From contig JAQUQS010000006.1 in assembly GCA_028715965.1 (NCBI GenBank), forward strand, positions 50,163 through 114,162: 64,000 bases of DNA, in the 5' to 3' direction. The position numbers and the translations under genes were made by a program. The notes under the pieces are model-generated. The model saw only the letters and a program-made list of their open reading frames with translations, made no database searches and was not told where the DNA came from. This document shows, one piece after another, positions 45,700 to 55,500 of this stretch (the first letter of the stretch is position 1; every line of letters starts with the position of its first letter). Source of the stretch: Candidatus Omnitrophota bacterium (lineage in GTDB: Bacteria > Omnitrophota > Gorgyraeia > Tantalellales > Tantalellaceae).

Positions 45700-46131
45700 T
45701 TGAAAGGACTGATGATGGGAAAAGGCAGCAAGTCGGACAAGCGGAAATATGCCAGGCTTGATCTTATGAGCAAGGTGAATTTTATCGTGATCGAGACCGG
45801 GGGGGGAGAGGCGCCGGCCAACAGGTTCCGTGCCGTAGGTAAGAATATAGGGGTAGAAGGGATACTTTTTACCGCGGACAAAGAACTTCCTAAAGGCACG
45901 GTAATAGATCTCGAGATATTCCTGCCAGGCAGGGCCGATCCGGTATATATAGAAGGGGAAGTAATGTGGTGCGCTTCCGTTAAGCAGCGCGGCAAGAAAA
46001 AGATGGAATATGATATAGGGGTCAAGTTCCTTACGATGGACAAGAACCATGTGCTGCTATTGATAAAATATGTATGCGGAGAACTTGCTGAAGATACGAT
46101 CGGGCCAAAGGGCAGGCTCGCTCGGCCATGA
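45700..46131 (+). CDS. PilZ-domain protein (putative c-di-GMP receptor)
   Basis: An RxxxR motif (RKYAR) is followed about 25 aa later by a N.G..G motif in a beta-barrel-like region. Length fits a single PilZ domain, and the exact start is uncertain (45700, 45712 or 45715). Confidence 0.5.
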   Translation: MKGLMMGKGSKSDKRKYARLDLMSKVNFIVIETGGGEAPANRFRAVGKNIGVEGILFTADKELPKGTVIDLEIFLPGRADPVYIEGEVMWCASVKQRGKKKMEYDIGVKFLTMDKNHVLLLIKYVCGELAEDTIGPKGRLARP

Positions 46132-47187
46132 TCATACGCTGAACTTGATCGAGACTATGTCGCCGTCCTTTACGATATAATCTTTGCCTTCAAGCCTGAA
46201 TTTCCCCGAGCTCTTGACCTCACGCTCGGAACCCAGTCCACGTATATCATCGTATGAGAATACCTCGGCCCGAATAAAACCGCGCTCCAGGTCCGAATGT
46301 ATCTTACCCGCGGCTTTGACCGCGGGAGTCGCGCTATTTATCGTCCATGCACGCACTTCGTCCTCTCCGACCGTAAAGAAAGAGATTAGCCCCAGTGTGG
46401 AATAAGCTTTTCGTATAAAGGAATTGAGCGAAAGTTCCTTTATCCCGATATCGTCCAGGAAGGCCTGACGGTCGGCCTCGTCGAGCCGGCGTATTTCCGC
46501 TTCGATATTTGCGGACATGGCCATGGAGTTCGCAAGCCCGGTCAGGAGTTCAGAAGTACGCGGAGTGTCCGCGGCGTCATCGGAAATATTCAGTAACGTA
46601 AGTACGGGTTTCATGGTGAGGAACTGGAACGAACGCACGCTTTTTTCTTCTTGCTCGGTAAGTTCGGCTTCCGAAGCGTTCTTTTCCGCCATCAGGAGAT
46701 CCAACACTTTTTTCAGCGCGGAAAGCTCGGTTTTGTCCTGTTCTGTTCCCGCGCCTTTCGACACGATCTTCTGAAGTTTTTCCAGCCGCTTTTCCGCGAT
46801 GGACATGTCGGCTATTATAAGGCCTGTCTTTATCTGTTCAAGGTCGCGTAGGGGGTCAATGCTGTTAAGTGGGTGCGGGACATTATCGTTATGGAAGTCG
46901 CGTATCACGAACACAAGGGCATCTACTTCGCGCGCGACCGCGACTATTTTCGGGTCGGAAGAATCATTTATATTCCCGGGGATGTCGACGAACTCAATGG
47001 TCGCGTATACGGTCTTTTTCGGGTTATACAATCCCGAAAGCCAGTCTATGCGCTCGTCCGGAACGCGGACGATGGATATATGAGCTTCTATTTTTCCGAA
47101 AGCCCCGGCTTCCTTGTCGGCGCCGGTCAACGCATTAAAGACCGTGGTTTTTCCTGAACGGTCGAGGCCTATTATGCCTAATTTCAT
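46132..47187 (-). CDS. ychF: ribosome-binding ATPase YchF (Obg family)
   Basis: The ATG at 47187 follows AAGGAG, and the upstream ATG at 47208 overlaps the RBS. G1 (GLDRSGKTTVFNALT) and a C-terminal TGS domain (AGKIHSDLERGFIRAEVFSYDD) are present. Confidence 0.85.
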   Translation of the reverse strand: MKLGIIGLDRSGKTTVFNALTGADKEAGAFGKIEAHISIVRVPDERIDWLSGLYNPKKTVYATIEFVDIPGNINDSSDPKIVAVAREVDALVFVIRDFHNDNVPHPLNSIDPLRDLEQIKTGLIIADMSIAEKRLEKLQKIVSKGAGTEQDKTELSALKKVLDLLMAEKNASEAELTEQEEKSVRSFQFLTMKPVLTLLNISDDAADTPRTSELLTGLANSMAMSANIEAEIRRLDEADRQAFLDDIGIKELSLNSFIRKAYSTLGLISFFTVGEDEVRAWTINSATPAVKAAGKIHSDLERGFIRAEVFSYDDIRGLGSEREVKSSGKFRLEGKDYIVKDGDIVSIKFSV

Positions 47188-47391
47188 ATTTGGCTCCTTT
47201 TGTGGCATAATATATCATGGATAGAAAGATATATCAATCCGGTTTTTTTTCATGTTCGTGAAAAGTTGCTATCCGGGGGTGAGGCCGGGCACATTGTGGA
47301 ATAAAATAGCTAAATTAACGCTTTTTTATACATTTTTTCCCAAAAAAAACTGTATTTTAGCTTTTAGTGGAGTAAAATTAAGGAGTATGTT

Positions 47392-47790
47392 ATGGGCCGT
47401 ATGTTCAAGGACAAGATATCCCGAATGATCGGAATGATCGAGATCTTCATAGGTACGGTCACTTTTCTGGTATGTACCGCTGTTCAGTTCTTTAAGATAT
47501 CGAACATGACCGCGAAGCCGACAGGAGTTTTTGTATTTGTTGCGATAAGTGCCATAATCGCACTGGTGTTAGGAGGAGGGATACTATGTGAGCGGAAATG
47601 GGCGAAAAAATATCTTATGTATTTTTCCGGATACGTTATCATGTTGAAGGTCATGGCTTACATGGGGGTCATATCGATGAAGGGGCCCATATTCGTTGTC
47701 TTTCCCTTGTGGATCAAGGATATCATCTCGATCGTCTATCATTTAGCGGTCATTTATTTTCTTTCTGGGATAACATTTACAAAAAGTTAG
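47392..47790 (+). CDS. small integral membrane protein (4 predicted TM helices), unknown function
   Basis: Four hydrophobic segments are present in a 132-aa product. Confidence 0.4.
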   Translation: MGRMFKDKISRMIGMIEIFIGTVTFLVCTAVQFFKISNMTAKPTGVFVFVAISAIIALVLGGGILCERKWAKKYLMYFSGYVIMLKVMAYMGVISMKGPIFVVFPLWIKDIISIVYHLAVIYFLSGITFTKS

Positions 47791-47957
47791 CCGAAGTCCC
47801 TCCCTGGATCAACGAGGAATTTTTAATATATATCAAAGCCAGATTTGACTTTTCACATCTTGTTAGGTATATTAATAAAAAACTTAAAAAGTTAGATTAT
47901 GCCTTTGAATAAGCAAAACTAAGTTTTTATATTTTACGGGACAAAACGGAGGTAGAA

Positions 47958-49091
47958 ATGGAAAAGAGCGATAATACCATCCGGTTCTTTAATATACGCC
48001 CCGAGAATGAAAAACATATATTCAATCTCAAGGTCTTCGGCGATATAAAAAAATACGGGAAGGTCCGTACGGAAGATATGGCGGGTCCCGCTTGTGACGT
48101 AGAAGCGCAGGTTTCCCAATATCTAAAGTCCGCTTTGAGCGAAGGGATAATAAAGGTAGGCGGAGAGGATGGTCCTGCGGCTGTTACATTCATCGCTTCC
48201 GAGAAAAAGATGGTCGGAGTGGGGTTTACCGACACCAGCGCGTATCTTACGGCGATAGATACTTCCGGAGAGATCTCTGACAGCGAAGAAATAGAGATAA
48301 GCAGGATATCCAGGTTAGAGGGGAAGAATAAGGAGATAAAAAGTATAGCCGAGACTATCAGCGCGGCCAGTGTGCTGAGGAGCTCGGGCCTGGATTCTAT
48401 AGGTATAGCCATGCCTGCGCGGTTAATGGAGATCAACCCTAAGGCGGCGCGTATAATGAACCAGGTACTGACAAAAGCGTTCAAGAACAAGATATTCATC
48501 GGGAGAGAGGCTACTGCGGCCGGGTATGGAGAAATGGATTCCAAACGCGAATTCCGGGACAAGAACGTGCTGTCGATGTATACCGATGCCGGAGACGGGG
48601 CGATGATAAAAGGAGAGAATATTTTCGAAGCGGATTCCGCCTCGCAGGGTAATCTGGCGTATCTGAGCCCGTGGAACCAGTTCAGCATAGTCGCTACAGC
48701 CAAAGAACTGGTGTCAAAAGGCGTAGGTACCGAGATAGTTAACCTGGTCAAGGGGAACATAGATGACATCTCCCTGGAAGTTATACTTCAGGCCGCCGAC
48801 AATAAGGACGAATTGGCGGACGATCTCGTGAAAAGGGCCGCTTTAGCTCTTGGCGTAAGGGTAGCTTACCTCGTGAATATGTTCAACACGGATGTCGTTA
48901 TTCTGAGCGGGGGTACAGAAAGAAGAGAAGGCGGATTTCTGGGGTACGTCGAAGAAGGCGCGAAAAAATTCTATCTTAAAGAAGTATCCGGCAAGGTCAG
49001 TATGGTGCCAGGTATTTTGGGCAAGAAAGCGGTGTCAATAGGCGCGGCATTACTTTGCCGGAGACAACTATTCATGGAGGTTGGGGTATGA
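47958..49091 (+). CDS. ROK family protein (sugar kinase / regulator)
   Basis: ROK motifs include VGVGFTDTSAYLTAIDTSGE (ATP-binding beta-hairpin) and VAYLVNMFNTDVVILSGG. Confidence 0.7.
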   Translation: MEKSDNTIRFFNIRPENEKHIFNLKVFGDIKKYGKVRTEDMAGPACDVEAQVSQYLKSALSEGIIKVGGEDGPAAVTFIASEKKMVGVGFTDTSAYLTAIDTSGEISDSEEIEISRISRLEGKNKEIKSIAETISAASVLRSSGLDSIGIAMPARLMEINPKAARIMNQVLTKAFKNKIFIGREATAAGYGEMDSKREFRDKNVLSMYTDAGDGAMIKGENIFEADSASQGNLAYLSPWNQFSIVATAKELVSKGVGTEIVNLVKGNIDDISLEVILQAADNKDELADDLVKRAALALGVRVAYLVNMFNTDVVILSGGTERREGGFLGYVEEGAKKFYLKEVSGKVSMVPGILGKKAVSIGAALLCRRQLFMEVGV

Positions 49092-49447
49092 AGAAGAACT
49101 CACGCACGGAAAAAACATGTATCATATGCGGAAAGCCGTTCGTACCGAACAAGTACAGGCCGAACCAGAGCGTATGTTCAAGCCTGGAATGTCAGTATCA
49201 GCGGCAACTGCAGAACATGAAGGTCTGGAGAGAGAAGAACCCCAATTATTTCAAGTACAAAGAATCTCAGGATAAATCGTGGAAACAGGCCTGTCGGGAG
49301 CGTTCCCTGGAGTGGAGGAAGAAGCATACGGAATATCTGCAGCTTTACAGGGAAGCTAATAAGGAAAGGCATCGGGAATACATGAGGGATTACATGAGGC
49401 AATACAGGCAGAAGAAAAGACATGACAGGGAAGAACCCGAAGGATAG
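49088..49447 (+). CDS. small basic zinc-ribbon protein, unknown function
   Basis: The ATG at 49088 overlaps the ROK stop (ATGA). A CIICG ... CSSLEC motif forms a CxxC-x17-CxxxC Zn-ribbon-like cluster, followed by a Lys/Arg/Tyr-rich tail. Confidence 0.45.
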   Translation: MKKNSRTEKTCIICGKPFVPNKYRPNQSVCSSLECQYQRQLQNMKVWREKNPNYFKYKESQDKSWKQACRERSLEWRKKHTEYLQLYREANKERHREYMRDYMRQYRQKKRHDREEPEG

Positions 49448-49524
49448 AGCGTGTCGAACCGTATCCGGGAGTTTGTTGACTGAAAAGACCCAGAACGCAG
49501 GCAAAAATTCAAAGTGGAGATGAC

Positions 49525-52500
49525 TTGGTAAGACACGACTTGGCTGATAACTCGGGGATGAAAGATAGAATAAGGAGAGGGATGAGGCGTCTCCTTATAT
49601 CTGTTGTCGTAACGCAGATGACATTTTCCCCCTTTACCTTCGCGTGGTCCCAGGATAAGGCCGCTTTTTCCGATGAGGAAAAGGACAAGATGAGAGAAGA
49701 TGCCATGGCGGAAGCCATGCGCAGGCTCAAGGTCCGTGAAGCTGAGGAAAAAGAAGCCGTTGCTGAAGCCAGGAAAAGGTTGGAAGAAAAAGCCAAACAG
49801 GATGCTGTCCTGGGAGCGGCGAATGAATTTGTGCTCAAGGCTACCCAGGCGTTGAACGAAAAGGATTTCCGGAACGCTAGAAAATACGCCAAAGCCGCCC
49901 TGGAAATAGCCCCGGACCTCGCTCAGGCGGAAGAACTCCTGAAGATGGTGGATTTCGCGGAACTGGAATATGAACCGGGGCAACGGGAACTATTCAGGAA
50001 AGAACGGACTACAGGCAAGGACGCCGCACAAGAGGAAGAAGGATCATCCGAGCGGAGCGCAGAGATATCCGCGAGCCTCAAGGCCGCGGGAGCGTACCTG
50101 GCGCAAGGGGACACCAGAAGGGCCCGGGCAGCCGCAAGAGCTGTTCTTGCCGAGGATGACAAGAACAAACAGGCCCAGCTACTGCTTGCCAGGACGTATG
50201 TGGCGGAAAAAAGATCGGCACGTCCTGTTGTGCCCGCCGGCAAAACCTCTGCAGGAAGCTCGCAAAATACTACCAAACAGACCATTGACAGTTATCTTTC
50301 CAGGGCTAAAGCCAGCCTGGAACGGAACGAATTATACGCGGCCAGGATATTCGCGGAAAAGGCCTATCAGCTTGACAGCATGGATCCTGATGTGGACAAC
50401 GTTATTTCCCGGATAGCCTCGGCGGAGCAGGAGTATGCAGCCGCGGAAGAGAGGCTGCGCCGTGAGGCTGAAGAGAAAAAAAGAGCTGAGGAAGAAGAAG
50501 CCAGGAGAAGGGATGAAGAAGAAAGGCTTGCCAGGGAAAGGACTAGCAGGATAGAAGAACTTCTCGACCAGGCGGACAGACATATAGAGGAAAACAATTT
50601 TATCCGGGCAAGGAAAGCTGCAGATGATCTCAGGGGCATGGGAGAAACAGGCACGGCTGATTCTCTTTATGGCAAGATCCAGGACGCTGAGCTTATATAT
50701 AAGGAAGAAAAAGCGATCGCGGAAAAAGCCGAACGCGTAAAAAAGTTCGTACAGGAAGGTGAAAAGGCCTTGTCTTCAGGCGACCTGGAACTTGCGCGTA
50801 AATACGCGGATGAGGCGTTAGGGGAAGAAGGCGGGGATGGTACAGCTGAGGATCTTTCCGCCCGGATTGACAAGGCGAAAAAGGAAGTGGAGGCGGCGGA
50901 AGCTCTCCGCAGGGCGGAAAGAGTGGCGGCGGCCCTTGACCAGGCGCGTAAAGAGCTGGAAAATAACGGTTTCGAAAAAGCGCGTATATATGTGCGGGAA
51001 GCCCTTCAGCTTGAGAGCGGGAACGAAACCGCCCAAAAACTCCTGAAGGAGATATACCTGGGAGAAGAGGAGTATCGCGCTGAAAGAGAACGGAAAAAGA
51101 GGCAGGCGGAGGAAGAGGAAAGGAACAGGCTAGAAGCGTTGAAAAAGGCCCAGCAGGAGCGGGAACTTGAGCAGAGAAAGGAACGGGTAGCATGGTATCT
51201 TGAGCAGGCCGCGGAAAAGAACAAAGATAGAGAGTTCGACCGGGCCAGGGAGTACGTGAAGAAAGCCCTTACAATAGATCCGACCAGCGAAAAAGCCAAG
51301 AAGACCGTCAGGGTAATAGACGCGGACGAAGAAGAGTATATAAATGAGTTGCGACAAAGGAAGAAGGTCTCGGAGGAAAGGAAGAAAGAGGAGGAAGAGG
51401 CACGCGCCAGGGAAGAAGAGGCGGCCAGAAAGAGGGAACTGGAAGAGGCCAGGAAGCGTAAAGAGATCCAGGACCTGGAAAGAACGACGAGAGTAAATGA
51501 CCTTCTCGAAAAAGCGGAATTGGCGCTGGACGGCAAGGATTTCAGCGCTGCGCGTGAATATGTGAATAAAGCCCTTACCCTTGAAGGCAATAACGTTAAA
51601 GCAATAAGCGCGATGCAGGGCATAAACAGCGCTGAAAGGGAATATGAGGCTAATAAACTGAGGCGGCAGGAAGAACTTAACAAACAGCAGAAAGAGGAGA
51701 AAGCCGCCGCGGAAACAGCCCGTATAGCGATGGAAGAACAGCTAAAACGCGAAGCTCAGCCGGGCGTCAGTGAATATATCGACAAGGCGGAGGAGGAGTT
51801 GTCCCGGGGGAATTATGAGGAGGCTAGGGTATATGCCCGGAAAGCGATAGGAGCTGACCCCAACAATGTTGTGGCTCACAGGCTGATCACACGTTCTTAT
51901 ATGGAAGAGAAGAAGGGTGTGCTGGATGATCCCCGGCAGGAAGAGAAAGCGCCTGAAGTTCAGGAAAAGCCGGCATCTGAGGGTAAAGCGGGATCTTCCG
52001 CGATAGACAATGAACTTGTAGCGGCGCGCGAAAAAATGGCGGAAGGCGATTTTTCGGGAGCCAGGACACACGCGCGGAAAGTCCTCAGCGTTGATAGCAA
52101 TAACCTGGAGGCGCAGTCCATAATGACCACTTCGTATTTGAGGGAAAGAGAAAAAATACGGGGAAAGGACACGGTTCGCGCCCTGAAAAATAAAGAAGAA
52201 GCCGCTCGACCTTCATCGCGGGAAATAAAGAGCGTTATGGATGAAGCCATAGCGGCTCTTAACGAGAACGAATTCGAGAAGGCAATGGGCCTTGCTGAGA
52301 AAGCTCGTCAGATGGATCCCTCCAACGAGGAAACGAAGACCCTTATCGAGCAGATAGGGCAGTTACGGGCGTCCTATGAAAGGGACGTGAAAGCGAAAGA
52401 GCAGGCCGAAGCGGAAAGCGAGAAACAAAAGGAAGAACGGGAAGCCAGAGCGAGAGAAGAACAGGAAGCCAGAGCGAGAGAAGAACAGGATGCCAGGGCG

Positions 52501-55500
52501 AGAGAAGAACAGGAAGCCAGGGTAAGGGAAGAACAGGAAGCCAGGGCGAGGGAAGAAAAAGAAGCAAAGGGATTTGAGAAAAGGATAACCGGATATCTTG
52601 ACAAGGCCGAAAGGTCCTTGGAGGAACAGGATTTCAGCAAGGCGCGAAGCTATGCTGAGAAGGCACTGGAACTGGCCGGGAGTGACGAGCGGGCCAGGGA
52701 TATGATAGATGCCATCGACTTGGCGCAGAGAACATACGCGGAGGAAGAGCGGAAGCGTAAAGAGGCCGAAGAAGCGGCGCGTAAAGCCCGGGAAGAAGAG
52801 GCCAGAAGGTCGGAAAAAGAACGGGCCCGTGAAAAGGCACTGGAAAGCATGTCCTATTTCAAGACGGCGAGCGATTTGATGGGGCAGGGTAAATTCGATG
52901 AGGCCCGCAAGAACATATATCTCGCGTTCAACATACCCGAAGACAGCCTTCAGGCAAAAATATTACTTTCGGAGTATGATTTCCACGACAAGAACGGGAA
53001 GAAATTCACTTCCATGAAGGAGATCAGGGAGGGTTCCCTTTCCAGTATTGACGCGGAGGAACGCAGCAAGAAAGAGATCGAAGAAGCGGCGCGTAAGGCC
53101 GAAGAAGAGGAAAAGGCACGGGAAAGAGAGCTCCGTGAACGCGAGGAAAAGATAACCGGGTATCTGGACAGGGCCAGGGGATATCTTGAAAAAGGAAGCT
53201 TTGACCGGGCGAGAGGTTACGCGGAAAATGCGCTGAAAGTCGACGAGAGCGACGAGCGGGCCAGGGAAATGATAAATGCCATAGACTCGGCGGAGAGAAC
53301 ATACGCGGAGGAAGAACGGAAGCGTAAAGAGGCCGAAGAGGCCGAACGCAAGGCCAGGCAGGAAGCGGCGGCCAGGGAAAAGGAAGCGCGCGAAGCGGCC
53401 GAGCGCGAGAAAAAGATAACCGGGTACCTGGACAGGGCCAGAGGATATCTTGAAAAGGACAGCTTCGGACGGGCGAGGAGTTACGCGGAAAATGCACTGA
53501 AAGTCGACGGGAACGACGAGCGGGCCAGGGAAATGATAGATGCCATAGACTCGGCGGAGAGAACATACGCGGAGGAAGAGCGGAAGCGTAAAGAGGCCGA
53601 AGAGGCCGAACGCAAAGCCAGGCAGGAAGCGGCGGCCAGGGAAAAAGAAGAAAGAGAAGCCGCTAAAGCCGCTGAGAAAAGCATGGCGTATTTCAAAAAA
53701 GCGAGTGATATGCTTGACAGGGGAAGGTATGACCAGGCGCGTAAGTACGTGGATATAGCGTTCAACATACCCGAAGACAGCGCCCAGGCAAGGATAATAT
53801 TGTCCGAGTATGAGTTCCTGGACAAAAATGGTGTCCAGATCACTACGATACAAGGCATAAGGGAAGGATCGTTGTCCAAGATCGAAGAAGCGGAAGCGAC
53901 CACGGCCGCGGGACGTCTGGAAGAAAAGGTGCAGGCTGAGAGCGTTGATCCGGGCGTCGACGCATCCGCGGAAAGGTCTGAAGCCGACCAGGAAAAGATT
54001 AATAACTATCTCGCAAAGGCCAGGGGATATCTGGACCAGGGGAATTGTGCGAAAGCAAGAGCGATGATGGACAAGGCATCCAGGCTCGGGGCCGCGGGGA
54101 CAGATGCTGATATTTTAAGGATCGCCATCGAGAACGCCGAGCGGAAAGAACGCGAGCGTCTTGTTGATGAGAAGGCCGCGCAATACGCCGAAAAAGCCGA
54201 GAAAGCCCTGGACAGGAACAGGTTCGACGAGGCCGAGAACTATGTCCAAAAAGCCTTGGAGCTCAAGGAAGGGGACGAAGCGCTTAACGGCCTGCTGACC
54301 AGGATAAGCTCCAGGAAACAAGAGCATGAAGCCGAGATGCGGATGACCAAGGAGGAAGAAGAAGCCAGGAAACAGGCTGAAGAGGCTGTAAGGGCCAGGG
54401 AAAAAGAAGAGGCCAGGAGGGAAAAAGCCCGACAGCAAGCAGATAAGGATATAGCAAAAGCACAGGAATTCTTTGACGCGGGGGATTACGGGCAGGCCAG
54501 ACATTATCTGTACCAGGTAAAAGACTCTGTGCCGGATGATTCCCGGGCGAATGAGATGTTGACGGAGATAGACAAGGCCGAGATGTTCGGCAAACGCGAG
54601 AAATTGGATGATATAAGACGGGAAAAACTGGAATTGTCCATGAAAGAGCCGGACGGCGACCCGATGAAGGAACATAACGAGCCCAAGGGTTGGATGGACC
54701 AGATGACTGGTATGTTCGAGAAGAGAACAGATGGGCCGCGTAACGATACGTTGAACGAATCCCATGAGTACACGATTGATGAGTGCGTTAACGCGTCCCT
54801 CAACGCCAACCAGAGAGTAGTTGTCGCTGATAAACAGGTCAAACTGGCCGAGATGAGGTTGTGGGAGACCAGGCGGGAATTGCTTCCGTCAGTTACCGGT
54901 AAGATCGAAAGGTCGTACGGTAAAATAGGCCAGGGGTCCTCGGACAGGCATTACCAGGGTGAAAAATATCAGGTAGAACTTAAGCAGACATTATGGGATG
55001 GGTTCGGGACATGGTTCAAGGTAAAACAGTCGCAGACAAATCTTGAGATAACCATGCTTGAAAGGGGAAAGATAGAGAACGAGGTGGTAGAGACCACGAA
55101 GAAGGCTTACTATAACCTGGACAAATCCATCAAGGCATTCGACCTGCAGGAAAAATTCAACGGAAAGGTCTCGGAGATCCATGAATTTACCGAGAAAGCC
55201 TATGAGCGAGAACTCATCCCGAAAGTGGAATACCTGAAGGTCAAGGGACAGAAAATGCAGTCAGATTTCCAGAAAGATTCAGCGAAGGAAGACGTCAGGC
55301 TGGCCGAAATGATATTGCTCCAGGCTATGGATATGGACTCGGACAAGCATATAATGATAAAGCCGGTAAGGCGCCCCGGGGAATGGTTGACCATTGGTCT
55401 GGAGAATTGTTACAGTTTGGCGTACGCGAACAGGCCCGATTTCAAGATAAAGGAAAAGACGATAGAATATTATGAGTTCGAAAGAAAGATGATGAAAGCA

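Noticed and set aside
45576-46050. Minus-strand ORFs of 155 and 124 aa overlapping the PilZ gene
   Set aside because: They have no RBS and no motifs. The PilZ frame on the plus strand has RxxxR and a beta-barrel pattern, though the PilZ call is itself only moderate.
52432-52556. Possible CRISPR-like array (regular 24-nt repeats)
   Set aside because: The repeats are contiguous with no spacers. They are in-frame within the giant ORF and encode an REEQEARA peptide repeat, so they are a coding tandem repeat, not CRISPR.
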